DNA of 63,977 nt, the filler included, from a bacterium (lineage in GTDB: Bacteria > UBA9089 > CG2-30-40-21 > SBAY01), in NCBI GenBank assembly GCA_040757115.1. It is 18 parts of 18 records of this genome, joined end to end, with 100 filler letters (N's around TTAATTAATTAA, not from the genome) between each part and the next. Parts side by side here need not be neighbours in the genome. Positions count along the whole stretch, not along the records: positions 1 to 24,480 come from JBFLYA010000038.1; positions 24,581 to 26,992 come from JBFLYA010000381.1; positions 27,093 to 29,501 come from JBFLYA010000382.1; 15 more parts are not named here. One strand, written 5' to 3'. The position numbers and the translations under genes were made by a program. Position 1 is the first letter of the stretch; every line of letters starts with the position of its first letter. The notes under the pieces were generated by a model. It had not been told where the DNA came from. It was given only the letters and a program-made list of their open reading frames with translations, and ran no database searches. Positions 18,371-28,559 of the stretch are shown one piece after another.

Positions 18371-19516
18371 TTAAGTGGATACTAACTTAATAAATCCTTT
18401 TTTCCCAACCTGAAGGATTTTCGGCAAACTTAAATCTATTTCAAAATCTACCTGTGCTATTCTTTTTTGGTCTATTTTAACGCCTCCTTGCATAATTAAT
18501 CTTCGTGCCTCACTTTTGCTTGGAGCTAATTTAGTCATAACAATAACCTCTATCAATCCAATAAAAGGCTTATTCACCTTGAATTCAGGTATTTCTTCAG
18601 GCAATTCCTTATCACGAAATATCCGTTCAAATTCTTCGTCCTGGCTTTTTGCTTCAGATTCATCATAATAGCACTTGACTATTTCCTTAGCTAATAGTTT
18701 TTTTGCCTCTTTTGGATGGAGTGATTTTATCTCATCTAAAGAAATATTTGTAAGCAATTCAAAGTATTTGGGCATAATGGCATCGGGGATAGACATCAAT
18801 TTACCAAACATTTCTTTTGGAGAATCGAGGATGCCGATATAATTGCCGTAACTTTTACTCATTTTCCGCACGCCGTCAGTTCCTTCTAACAACGGCATCG
18901 TCATAACAACTTGCGGTTGTTGACCATAATTTTTTTGCAGTTGTCTTGCGACTAAAAGATTGAACTTTTGGTCTGAGCCACCTAATTCTACATCTGCCTT
19001 GACGATAACCGAGTCATATCCTTGAAGTAAAGGATATAGAAATTCAACAATGGTAATTTCCCTTCCTGCGGCATAGCGTTTCTCAAAATCATCCCGTTCT
19101 AACATTCGAGCAACCGTGTAGCAACCTGCAAGTTTCATTATTTGGGCACAATCAAGTTTTTCTAACCAGCGGCTATTGAAAACTACCTCTGTTTTATCTT
19201 TATCCAATATCTTAAATACTTGTTGTTGATAAGTTTTAGCATTTTGTTCAATTTCCTGAGAGGATAATGGTTTTCGGGTTTCATTTCTCCCGGATGGGTC
19301 TCCGATTCTTGCTGTAAAATCACCGATAATGAATATAATTTTATGTCCTAATTCCTGGAATTGGCGTAATTTTCGCAGGATAACCGTATGCCCCAGGTGA
19401 ATATCAGGGGCAGTTGGGTCTGCTCCAAATTTTATACGGAGAGGTGCATTGAGCTTTTTAATAAATTCCTCTTCTGATATTATTTCTTCTACACCGCGTT
19501 TAATTTCGTCTAACAA
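18371..19516 (-). CDS. tyrS: Tyrosine--tRNA ligase
   Basis: HLGH, IGDPSG, GGSDQ, KMSKS, C-terminal S4 domain. Confidence 0.95.
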   Translation of the reverse strand: MLDEIKRGVEEIISEEEFIKKLNAPLRIKFGADPTAPDIHLGHTVILRKLRQFQELGHKIIFIIGDFTARIGDPSGRNETRKPLSSQEIEQNAKTYQQQVFKILDKDKTEVVFNSRWLEKLDCAQIMKLAGCYTVARMLERDDFEKRYAAGREITIVEFLYPLLQGYDSVIVKADVELGGSDQKFNLLVARQLQKNYGQQPQVVMTMPLLEGTDGVRKMSKSYGNYIGILDSPKEMFGKLMSIPDAIMPKYFELLTNISLDEIKSLHPKEAKKLLAKEIVKCYYDESEAKSQDEEFERIFRDKELPEEIPEFKVNKPFIGLIEVIVMTKLAPSKSEARRLIMQGGVKIDQKRIAQVDFEIDLSLPKILQVGKKGFIKLVST

Positions 19517-19614
19517 TTTATTATAACTATACTAAATTTTTTGCTTTTTGTCAAGTATAGTTTCGTGAATTTTTCCACCTGTGCAGTCGTAGGCTGTTAA
19601 ATTAAGTTAAACAT

Positions 19615-19763
19615 TTCGCTCCTACGGAGCTGAATTCTTTAAGGATTATCATAATCTACAAATATATCACTCCTAACGGAGTTTAAAAATATATTCAGCC
19701 CTGTAAGGGCGAGATGTTTATAGATTTATCGTCTCAACATCAAATTAGCTCCGTAGGAGCGAT
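19615..19763. repeat. REP-like palindrome cluster
   Basis: TCGCTCCTACGGAGC, TCACTCCTAACGGAGT, GCCCTGTAAGGGCGA, GCTCCGTAGGAGCGA. Confidence 0.55.
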
Positions 19764-19790
19764 ATGTTTATTGAGAAAGTTATAAATATT

Positions 19791-20027
19791 GTAACCGTTC
19801 AGGCTATATATCAAAAGTGTAAGAAAGGGGATAAGGAGATAAGAGTGATATGGAGATAAGATAATAGAAATAGATTGAAATTTATAGAAATAGGTAGAAA
19901 TTGATTGTGGAAAACAACAAATTTCCATAAATTTCTATTAGTTTCTATTAATTTCAATTTTTTTAATAATATCTCCCTATCTCCTTAATCTCCACATCTC
20001 CTTTTGTTACACCACCTGAACGCTTAC
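19791..20027. mobile_element. 237-bp high-copy MITE with GTAACCGTTCAG/CTGAACGCTTAC termini
   Basis: Full copy here; near-identical partial copies at contig ends 24356-24480, 27093-27214, 29380-29501, 29602-29671, 48385-48504, 48605-48724, 62131-62334. Confidence 0.8.
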
Positions 20028-20131
20028 AAGTTCACATTAGTATTGTTGATAGTTGATGGTTGATAGTCTATGAAACTATCAACTATAAACTATCAACCCT
20101 GTTGCTATATCTGTTCTATGAGAAATTTTCG

Positions 20132-20376
20132 TTAATAACTTACTATTATGTATTTAGAGAACGCTATACTAAATACCTTGTCCACCAGGCAATAAAATGG
20201 ATAACCTGGCGGATGAGGGATGCCCAGCAGGAAGGATACAGAGAGCATATCGCCGCTGTCATGGAAGCCAATAGTTGGGGTAGGCGTTTTTAAATAGGTA
20301 AAAAAACGATAAAGAATATAACGGAGGCAATTAGCATCACCTTAGATTGTTTGAACGAACAATTTTCTTTAGTCAT
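20132..20376 (-). pseudogene. DUF2723 (TMEM260-like glycosyltransferase) N-terminal fragment, frameshifted
   Basis: After a shift in a T7 run the frame reads YLKTPTPTIGFHDSGDM..LGIPHPPGYPFY, then stops. Confidence 0.65.
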
Positions 20377-20379
20377 TGT

Positions 20380-21096
20380 TTAGCCACCAGTAATCATTCC
20401 CGTAACCATTCCCAGCTTGTCGGCGAATATCATTATCCCGATGAGGATAAGCAGGATACCGCTGAAGATAGAAATTGGTCTTAAATAGCGTTTCATCCAG
20501 TTAAAATGGGTCAAAAAGGCAGACAGCCCTAATGAAACAATGAGAAAGGGGAGTCCAAGCCCTAAGGAATAAGATGAGAGGAGAATAATCCCTGAATAAA
20601 CATTATCTGAAGTAGCGGCATAGATAAGAATAGCGCCAAGTATAGGACCTATACAGGGAGTCCAGCCAGAAGCAAAGGCTAATCCGACTAAGAAAGAGCC
20701 CAGATAGCCAAAGGGTTTGTTTTTAAGGTGGACACGCTTTTCTTTTTGGAGTAAGTTGAGTGGGACAAGGCCGGTTATATGGATGCCAAAAAGGATAATT
20801 AAGATTCCGCCTACCTTTTGAATAATAAGCTTATAAGTGATTAAAAACTTGCCGATTAAGGTTGCCCCTGCCCCTAAGAAGATAAAAATCAAGGAAAAGC
20901 CAAGAATAAATATAAGGGAATTAAAAAAAAGCCGCCTTTTAATCACGGTTTGATTTTCGTTCATTTCTTCAAAAGACAAACCGGTAATAAAAGCCAGATA
21001 TGAAGGGATGACCGGTAAGACACACGGAGAAAAAAATGATAATAATCCGGCGATAAAGGCAATAATTATGTTTACATCTTGTGCTGTGCTGTTCAT
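20380..21096 (-). CDS. ccdA: Cytochrome c biogenesis protein CcdA
   Basis: SFFSPCVLP and GWTPCIGPIL. Confidence 0.92.
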   Translation of the reverse strand: MNSTAQDVNIIIAFIAGLLSFFSPCVLPVIPSYLAFITGLSFEEMNENQTVIKRRLFFNSLIFILGFSLIFIFLGAGATLIGKFLITYKLIIQKVGGILIILFGIHITGLVPLNLLQKEKRVHLKNKPFGYLGSFLVGLAFASGWTPCIGPILGAILIYAATSDNVYSGIILLSSYSLGLGLPFLIVSLGLSAFLTHFNWMKRYLRPISIFSGILLILIGIMIFADKLGMVTGMITGG

Positions 21097-21179
21097 CTTG
21101 ATTCCTTTCTAAGCCGCTTTGGCATCTCTATCCGATAAAGGTAATAATTCGGAGGCTAATTTAACCACAAAGGGCACAA

Positions 21180-21465
21180 GTAACCGTTCAGCCACAGAGG
21201 CACAGAGTTCACAGAGAATTAAGGGAATTAGTCACAAATGGACACGAATTAACCTGTGACATTCGATAAATGTAGTGCGAACCTTTAGGTTTGCCTTCCG
21301 GTTTGCCAGAAGCGAGGCTAAAACCTCGCACTACAAATCTTTTTGTTGTTCAAGGAGATTCGGGTTCATTCTCGTTAGATAGTAAAACATCTAACGGGAT
21401 TCATTCGTGATTATATATTCCCTCTGTGTTCTCTGTGACTCTGTGGCTATATCCTGAACGGTTAC
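21180..21465. mobile_element. GTAA-ended MITE with 8-bp target duplication GGGCACAA
   Basis: GGGCACAA-GTAACCGTTCAG..CTGAACGGTTAC-GGGCACAA; related copy at 45469-45947. Confidence 0.8.
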
Positions 21466-21580
21466 GGGCACAAATGATTTTCACAAAGTCCACAAAGTGA
21501 AAAACTATCATTCTTTCTCCCACTATGGGGTGGTATATCGTATTTCTCGCACCGATTACCCCCTGTTCCACTTCATAGGG

Positions 21581-22201
21581 TTAAATAGTTACCTGATTTA
21601 AAAAGTTTTTTAGCAGGTTTAATCCGAGTGTCTGGCTCTTTTCAGGATGAAATTGGGTGCCAAAAACATTCTCTTTACAAACCATCGAGGTAAATTTTAT
21701 CCCATAATCAGTTGTCGTCGCAATAATTGCTTCATCTTCAGGGTTGACATAATAAGAATGCACAAAATAAAAGTAAGAATTATCTGGAATGCCATCTAAT
21801 AAAGATACTTTTGCCTCCTGTGCCTTCTGGATAGTATTCCAGCCAATATGTGGGACCTTTAGAGTTTCTGGAAATTTAAGGACATCTCCATAAAGGATAT
21901 TTAATCCTTCGCACTCGCCATATTCATAACTTTTATTAAATAGCAGTTGCATTCCCAGACAAATACCTAAAAATGGCTTACCTGATTCTATGACCCTATG
22001 AATGATAGTATCAAGTTGTAAGTTTTTTAATTGAGTCATTGCATCTTTAAATGCACCTACGCCGGGTAAAATCACGGCTGAGGCAGTAACAATTTTAAGT
22101 GGAGAATTGGTAACTATCACCCTGCCACCCATCTTCTCAATCGCCTTTTGCACACTCCGTAAATTACCCATTCCGTAGTCAATGATTGCAATTGGTGTCA
22201 T
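21581..22201 (-). CDS. hisH: Imidazole glycerol phosphate synthase, glutaminase subunit
   Basis: IIDYGMGN, LPGVGAF, GICLGMQ, YFVHSY, QFHPEKS. Confidence 0.95.
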   Translation of the reverse strand: MTPIAIIDYGMGNLRSVQKAIEKMGGRVIVTNSPLKIVTASAVILPGVGAFKDAMTQLKNLQLDTIIHRVIESGKPFLGICLGMQLLFNKSYEYGECEGLNILYGDVLKFPETLKVPHIGWNTIQKAQEAKVSLLDGIPDNSYFYFVHSYYVNPEDEAIIATTTDYGIKFTSMVCKENVFGTQFHPEKSQTLGLNLLKNFLNQVTI

Positions 22202-22655
22202 TTTTTCACCCCTTTCCAATATTGAGCTCTCTCAACATCTCCAGAGCTCGGATTTGACTGAAGTTTAAAAGCATTTTTGGTGGTGTCTGAAAATAACTCT
22301 AATAGTGAAATCTATTCAGATTTGGTGTCCAAAAGGAATTTCCTCCAAAGAGCAAAATGCAAAAAGCAAATATAAAAATTACATATCAAAATGTAAAATT
22401 ATCTCTTTCCTTTCAGCGTTAAAATACTTGAAGCAAAGATATTACCAAATTCCTCCAACTCTTTGAGAAACCCTGTTACTTCCTCTTTGAAATTTGATTT
22501 GTAATTTTGCATTTTGATATTTATATTTGATATTTAATATTTGATATTTAATATTTATTTGTTGTCTCTCCCAAATCCTATTTTGCAGAACCCTATACAC
22601 TATTTTAACCTTTATGCTAGATTAAGACACCACCAAATTTCCTACAAAAGTGTGG

Positions 22656-24344
22656 TTACAGAAATAACTCAAATCTTTCTTGAGGAGACAAATCCTTTGA
22701 AATCTCATTCCAGAGCCTGCTTAGATTATCCCTTAACCGCTCCCCGTTTTTATTAAGCACCTTCTTGATATATTCAGTTTCTTTATCTGGCAAATCTCTT
22801 TCTACATATTCTCTAAGGGTTTTATCACTCAGTATCTTGAGGGTATCATTATAGAGTTCCACAATATTCTTTATTATCCCGATACTCGCAGATTGCAATT
22901 CATCTGGCATATTATTTATGCTGTAGAGGAATCGAATAATTGGAGGCATATCAAGGATAGAAAGCTGGTTTTTGAAAACATCCTCAGTCCCTTGAATAAG
23001 AGTTGTCCCGAAGGCAATCAAGAGGGAATTGCAAGTGAATCTACGCAAACATTCTGCTTTTACTCTGAATAGAGAACCGACATTTGGTCTTATGTCTGGG
23101 GCAATCTGAACTGATGAATGCCATCCCCTAAACTCTTCTAAAAATATTTTAGGCAGTTGATTTATTGCAGGAGCTAAATGCGAAAGATATTTCTTAGAAA
23201 GACTTTCTTTTACTTCATTAAAGAGTTGCGGATTATAGAGAGGGACAGATTCAGTTAAAAAGGTTATTCGGCGTGTTTTCCACTCATCTGAATCATCTCT
23301 ACTTCCAATCTTACTCAGGAGTTCATCCTTTGGGAATAGGGTTGGAAATCTTCCTTTCCCAAACCCTTCTTGACAGTCTTTTCTAAGTTTTTCAGACAAC
23401 CCCTCAAGATGAACATCAATCCCTTCTTTATCAAACCAATTTGCCGTGTATATCATTGCCTTGATAGCCTCAGAAGATTGCTCTTTATCCTCAAAGATGG
23501 CAAAGAAGTCAGCATCAGAGGTTCTGCTTGCTTCAAGTCGGGAGAATGACCCACAAAGAATAACAGATATGTCTTTGTCTTTAAATTCAGTTAGAATTTT
23601 AGGAAGTTCAGATTGTGCCTTTGAGATTATCTCTTGCGAGAAAGCCATATTTGAAATAAGAGTCTCTGCTCTTCTTATCTTTGTTACTTTCACAAATTCT
23701 TTAAATCCTTGCAGTGATAGTTCAAATTGGTGAGACGCTTTTCCCCCTCCTTCTTGGGTTGCTTCTTCAAAGACAAGGATGGTTTCGTTTCCCATAGAGA
23801 TTTTATCGCCAGAGGTTAATTTAGTCTTCTTTCCTTTGGTGCTCCTTTTCTCATTTATCTTTGTTCCATACCTACTCTTGTCCCTTATCCACCAGGAGTT
23901 ATCCTCAAACCAGACTTGCGCATGCTCTCGAGTTACAGAATTGTCAAAAGACAAATCAATATCCACTTCGGATTCATCCGGTCTTCCAATAGTATAAGTA
24001 TTACCTGGCGTTAATATCCACTCTCCTGGTAACCCCTCAGGAATCTCTTTCTTAGAAGATGATAATGAAATCTTTGCCGTTATATCCTCATCAGGTGGCT
24101 GAGTCGTCTTACCTTTATCTCCTGTTGATTCTTTACCTGGCACATCCTCCTGATGGTTTTTAAGTCTTTTAAGCCTTTCTTCAATCTCCTTAATCCGTAC
24201 CTTTTCTTCCTTAATCCCATTCGTGATATGGACAGGGCAATATAAAGGACCAAACTTAGCCGCCTGTAGTTCTAACTCCCTGAGGTTCTCTTTATGGGTA
24301 TTAAGCAGTTCATTCAAATGGATTATCTCGTCTTGCGTAGCCAT
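22656..24344 (-). CDS. FHA domain + Pol-beta-like nucleotidyltransferase fusion
   Basis: IGRP..VTREHA..SRYGT (FHA); GSFSRLEASRTSDADF (GS..DxD); N-terminal helical NLRELELQAAKFG module. Confidence 0.7.
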   Translation of the reverse strand: MATQDEIIHLNELLNTHKENLRELELQAAKFGPLYCPVHITNGIKEEKVRIKEIEERLKRLKNHQEDVPGKESTGDKGKTTQPPDEDITAKISLSSSKKEIPEGLPGEWILTPGNTYTIGRPDESEVDIDLSFDNSVTREHAQVWFEDNSWWIRDKSRYGTKINEKRSTKGKKTKLTSGDKISMGNETILVFEEATQEGGGKASHQFELSLQGFKEFVKVTKIRRAETLISNMAFSQEIISKAQSELPKILTEFKDKDISVILCGSFSRLEASRTSDADFFAIFEDKEQSSEAIKAMIYTANWFDKEGIDVHLEGLSEKLRKDCQEGFGKGRFPTLFPKDELLSKIGSRDDSDEWKTRRITFLTESVPLYNPQLFNEVKESLSKKYLSHLAPAINQLPKIFLEEFRGWHSSVQIAPDIRPNVGSLFRVKAECLRRFTCNSLLIAFGTTLIQGTEDVFKNQLSILDMPPIIRFLYSINNMPDELQSASIGIIKNIVELYNDTLKILSDKTLREYVERDLPDKETEYIKKVLNKNGERLRDNLSRLWNEISKDLSPQERFELFL

Positions 24345-24615
24345 AGTATTTTCTTGTAACCGTTCAGGCTATATATCAAAAGTGTAAGAAAGGGGATAAG
24401 GAGATAAGAGTGATATGGAGATAAGATAATAGAAATAGATTGAAATTTATAGAAATAGGTAGAAATTGATTGTGGAAAACNNNNNNNNNNNNNNNNNNNN
24501 NNNNNNNNNNNNNNNNNNNNNNNNTTAATTAATTAANNNNNNNNNNNNNNNNNNNNNNNNNNNNNNNNNNNNNNNNNNNNAATATATTTTTTATTTTAAA
24601 AAGTCTTTGTGCATC

Positions 24616-24631
24616 TGGCATACAAATTGCT
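24616..24631 (+). promoter_or_regulatory. sigma54 (-24/-12) promoter
   Basis: TGGCAT-N5-TTGCT upstream of the PEP-CTERM gene; duplicated at 26919-26934. Confidence 0.7.
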
Positions 24632-24698
24632 ACTTTTGAAGTATGATTCACTTTGAAGAATGATCTGATAAATTCTAAATAGAAGGAGGTGAAAAAGA

Positions 24699-25574
24699 AT
24701 GAAAAAGCTCTTGATGTTTTTGTGCGTCGTGTCCCTCGTAGCGCTTTGGGCTCCGGCATTTGCTTTGACGGTAACGCCGCTGGACAGCGCCACTAATTTA
24801 GCCCAAAGTCTTGTGGGGCCGGGGGTCACAATATCGAATGTTACTTATACGGGAGCAAGCGCTGCATCGGGATATTTTACGGGTGGCCTTGCCGCTGGAA
24901 TCGGCATTCAAAGCGGTATTGTCTTGACCTCTGGGTACGCTTCCCACCTGAATGGCACATCTAATACTTCAGACGCCATAACGGGTAATAATGGTTTGCC
25001 GGGTGCCGCCATGCTTAATAATTTGATCCCCGGGTATAGCACAAATGATGCCACGATTCTGGAGTTTGACTTTGTAAGTGCCGGGACCTCAGCTTATTTC
25101 AACTATGTCTTTGGTTCTGAAGAGTATAACGAATGGGTTAATTCAAGTTATAATGACGTGTTTGGCTTCTTTTTTAATGGAACGGCAGTTTCAGATAACG
25201 TGGCGCTTATTCCAGGGACATCGACAGCAGTTGCCATCAACAATGTAAACAACGGATCCAACTCTCTCTATTATAACGATAATGATCCTGGTGACCTATC
25301 TCCGATTCCATTTGCTTTTGAATATGACGGGTTTACCGACGTGTTTACAGCCAGCATACTAGGGCTGACTGCTGGGAATACATATCATCTGACATTGGCC
25401 ATAGCAGATGCCGGTGATAGCGTTTTGGATTCTGGAGTTTTTTTACAGGCAAAAAGTTTTTCTCAAGATCCTGTGAACCCAGATGTTCCAGAGCCCGCGA
25501 CCATGGTGTTGCTTGGTTCCGGTCTGGTTGGTCTGGCCGGGTTTGGACGGAAGAAGCTTTCCAAAAAAGTCTAA
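24699..25574 (+). CDS. PEP-CTERM protein with choice-of-anchor L domain
   Basis: Signal peptide; FNYVFGSEEY..NDVF, YDGFT, IADAGD..DSGVF; VPEPATMVLLGSGLVGLAGFGRKK. Confidence 0.9.
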   Translation: MKKLLMFLCVVSLVALWAPAFALTVTPLDSATNLAQSLVGPGVTISNVTYTGASAASGYFTGGLAAGIGIQSGIVLTSGYASHLNGTSNTSDAITGNNGLPGAAMLNNLIPGYSTNDATILEFDFVSAGTSAYFNYVFGSEEYNEWVNSSYNDVFGFFFNGTAVSDNVALIPGTSTAVAINNVNNGSNSLYYNDNDPGDLSPIPFAFEYDGFTDVFTASILGLTAGNTYHLTLAIADAGDSVLDSGVFLQAKSFSQDPVNPDVPEPATMVLLGSGLVGLAGFGRKKLSKKV

Positions 25575-25606
25575 AAAGAGATAATCAAAAAAGCCATAAA
25601 AGCCAT

Positions 25607-25642
25607 AAAAGCCACCTTGGGGATTCCCCCGAGGTGGCTTTT
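25607..25642 (+). terminator. Rho-independent terminator
   Basis: GCCACCTTGGGG..CCCCGAGGTGGC followed by TTTT. Confidence 0.75.
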
Positions 25643-25969
25643 ATATTATATTTACACTAATGGATGCGTTTTCTCGGGTTCTTTAATTTTGGGGGCAACT
25701 ATTTGTATTATACTAACCATCTTTGCAAGGTCTCATCGTTTACCTTAATTCCATCTATCTCCATAAGCTTCTCAGATGCCGGCGTTAGCCCAAATCCCGG
25801 GGCTTCGCATTTCCTCCCTTTGGCAGAGGGAGGCCAGGAGGGATTTTTTAAAGAATATAAATGCCTGCCCCCGGTAATTTCCCTCCCCCGAAGACTTGCC
25901 TTGTCGTCCCTTTTGCCATTGACAAGGATAAAATATACTTGTACATATATGTGCAAGGAGGTGATCATT

Positions 25970-26218
25970 GTGCCGCAGTTAGCTATCTATATTGACGATC
26001 AGTTGGCCAAGAAACTGGATAAGGCCATAGAGGTCTCAAAGAAATCAAGATCCAAATGGGTTGCCGATTTGATCAGGGCAAGATTGGAAGATGAGTGGCC
26101 GGAAGGTTTTTTTGATCTGGCCGGCAGCTGGGAAGGCGACGAGGGTCCTCAAGAGATTATGGCCAAAATACGAAAGGGTTTAGGACAAACGGACAAAAGA
26201 GAGGATTTATCATCGTGA
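25970..26218 (+). CDS. RHH/CopG antitoxin (VapB-like)
   Basis: GGAGG RBS before GTG; PQLAIYID..SRSKWV..WPEGFFDLAGSW; overlaps vapC. Confidence 0.75.
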   Translation: MPQLAIYIDDQLAKKLDKAIEVSKKSRSKWVADLIRARLEDEWPEGFFDLAGSWEGDEGPQEIMAKIRKGLGQTDKREDLSS

Positions 26219-26613
26219 TTCGATTATTGGATACCAATATCTGCATATATTTTTTGAATCAAACCTCGGAAAGAATAATCGGACGGTTTCAAAATCTGTC
26301 ACCTTCACAAATAAAGTTGCCTTCAATCACCGTAGCAGAATTGTATTATGGTGCGGAAAAAAGTAAGGCCAGGGCAAAAAACCGGGAAAGGGTCAAACGT
26401 TTCGTTTCCACCCTTGAAATCATTCCGTTTGACCAAAAGGCATGTGACACCTATGCGAAAGTTCGATGTGCCCTTGAGAAATCAGGAACTCCCGTAGGAC
26501 CTATGGATCTTCTAATTGCCTCAATCGGCCTCGCCCATAACTTCGTGCTGGTTACGAATAATGTGAAAGAGTTTGAAAGGGTGAAGGGGTTAAAGCTCGA
26601 AAATTGGCTTTGA
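26215..26613 (+). CDS. vapC: VapC PIN-domain toxin
   Basis: LLDTNICI, ELYYG, DLLIAS, LVTNNVKEF, ENW. Confidence 0.92.
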   Translation: MIRLLDTNICIYFLNQTSERIIGRFQNLSPSQIKLPSITVAELYYGAEKSKARAKNRERVKRFVSTLEIIPFDQKACDTYAKVRCALEKSGTPVGPMDLLIASIGLAHNFVLVTNNVKEFERVKGLKLENWL

Positions 26614-26883
26614 GTTCAAGACACAACGAGATCAAAACATTATAGAATTAGTAAATCACAAAGCCGTTCACGAATTCCTTCGTGTCTTCGTGGCAAATTT
26701 GGTTCCGGCTTGTCCGCGTCAGGGCAGAAAAAATACACGCAATGGCAGAAAGAAGTAAAAAGGTACTTTTCAAGAAAGTGGAACTATTTTTCATAAAAGT
26801 GGAAATACTTTTCCACTAAAGAGAAAACCTTTTCCATTCAGCTAAAGATGATCTGCCATCTCCTGCGCTAACTATCCGTAAAT

Positions 26884-26992
26884 AATATATTTTTTATTTT
26901 AAAAAGTCTTTGTGCATCTGGCATACAAATTGCTACTTTTGAAGTATGATTCACTTTGAAGAATGATCTGATAAATTCTAAATAGAAGGAGG
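26884..26992 (+). repeat. Exact copy of 24581-24689 (sigma54 promoter and RBS)
   Basis: Identical 109-bp sequence at both ends of the contig. Confidence 0.85.
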
Positions 26993-27362
26993 NNNNNNNN
27001 NNNNNNNNNNNNNNNNNNNNNNNNNNNNNNNNNNNNTTAATTAATTAANNNNNNNNNNNNNNNNNNNNNNNNNNNNNNNNNNNNNNNNNNNNTGTGGAAA
27101 ACAACAAATTTCCATAAATTTCTATTAGTTTCTATTAATTTCAATTTTTTTAATAATATCTCCCTATCTCCTTAATCTCCACATCTCCTTTTGTTACACC
27201 ACCTGAACGCTTACAAAAAGGCTTAAAAAACAGTTAGTCAAAAGTAAGTATTAAAAGATTAATAAACAACGAAAGACCCGAAATGCACAAAAAAAGGAAA
27301 TTTCTGTCTCTGCGAAATTTTCCTTGACTTTTAACTATTTTTATGTAATAATATCTTCTGCT

Positions 27363-28001
27363 ATGATTGATTTACATACTCATTCTCTTTTATCTGATGG
27401 AGTTCTGTTACCTTCAGAATTAGCCAGTCGAGCCGAAGAAAAAGGGATAGATGTTTTAGCCATTACTGACCATGTAGATGATTCTAACATAGATTTTGTT
27501 ATCCCAAGACTCCTCTACGCCTGTGATGAGTTAAATAAAGTAATGAAGATAAAACTTATTCCTGGTTGTGAGTTGACTCATATTCCACCAGTATTAATTA
27601 GTAAATTAGCCACAAGGGCAAGGAATATGGGGGCAAGGCTAATTATTGTTCATGGGGAGACACTTGTTGAACCGGTAACCAAAGGAACTAATATGGCGGC
27701 TTTACATAGCGATATAGATATTCTGGCACACCCGGGATTGTTAACCAAAGAAGAAACTCAATTGGCTAAAACTCGAAATATTGCTTTAGAGATTACTACA
27801 CGGAGAGGACATTGTCTTACTAATGGACATGTAGTAAAAATGGCACAATTAGCCGGTGCCAAATTAATCTTAAATTCCGATGCCCATCAAATAGAAGACT
27901 TAATTGACCTTTCCTTTGCACAAGGAGTAGCCAGAGGAGCAGGGATAGAAGATTTTAACCTATTATTAGCCAATTCACAAGAAATTGTTGATAGAATATG
28001 A
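27363..28001 (+). CDS. PHP-family phosphoesterase (histidinol-phosphatase-like domain)
   Basis: DLHTHS, AITDH, LAHPG, SDAH. Confidence 0.85.
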   Translation: MIDLHTHSLLSDGVLLPSELASRAEEKGIDVLAITDHVDDSNIDFVIPRLLYACDELNKVMKIKLIPGCELTHIPPVLISKLATRARNMGARLIIVHGETLVEPVTKGTNMAALHSDIDILAHPGLLTKEETQLAKTRNIALEITTRRGHCLTNGHVVKMAQLAGAKLILNSDAHQIEDLIDLSFAQGVARGAGIEDFNLLLANSQEIVDRI

Positions 28002-28559
28002 ATGGTAACTACTTACCATTCACCAGTTACCAATTCCTAAATAGGGTTCTGCAAAATAGGATTTGGGAGAGACAACAAATAAATATCAAATATCAAAAAG
28101 CAAAATTACAAATCAAATTTCAAAATTGGTAAGTTGCCAAAGAATAACGCTGAAAGGAAAGAGATAATTTTACTGAACTTTGGCAAATTTGCAAATTCGC
28201 TGAAAAACTTAAAACTAAAAGCGTAAAACCAAAAACCGTTGATAGTTTGTAGTTGATAGTTTATAGTAGATAGTTGAAGAACTATAGACTATAAACTATA
28301 AACCATAAACTATAAACGAGTTTTGCATTTTGCTCTTTGAAGGAAATTGATAAAAATAGAGGTTTTAAATACCCGCTTAAAAACTACAGTTTCTTAGTTT
28401 TGCAGAACTCTAATTCCTAAATTAGGGTTTCATGAAATTAAGAGCAAATAATCGGTTAATTGGTAATTGATTAAATATCCTCGTCGTGAGCTCAGCCGAA
28501 CGGTATTTAATTACCATTCACCAGTTACCATTTACCAAATGAAAGGAGGTTTATCAAAA

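Noticed and set aside
21581-22201. hisH as part of the His island
   Set aside because: 15 kb away among unrelated housekeeping genes
24481-24580. Recurrent N-run/TTAATTAATTAA/N-run motif (17 times)
   Set aside because: Artificial contig linker with stops in all frames; ORFs containing X and gene adjacency across linkers are not biological
25664-25969. Long N-terminal extension of the antitoxin ORF
   Set aside because: The RBS and GTG at 25970 and a TTGACA at 25919 indicate the shorter start
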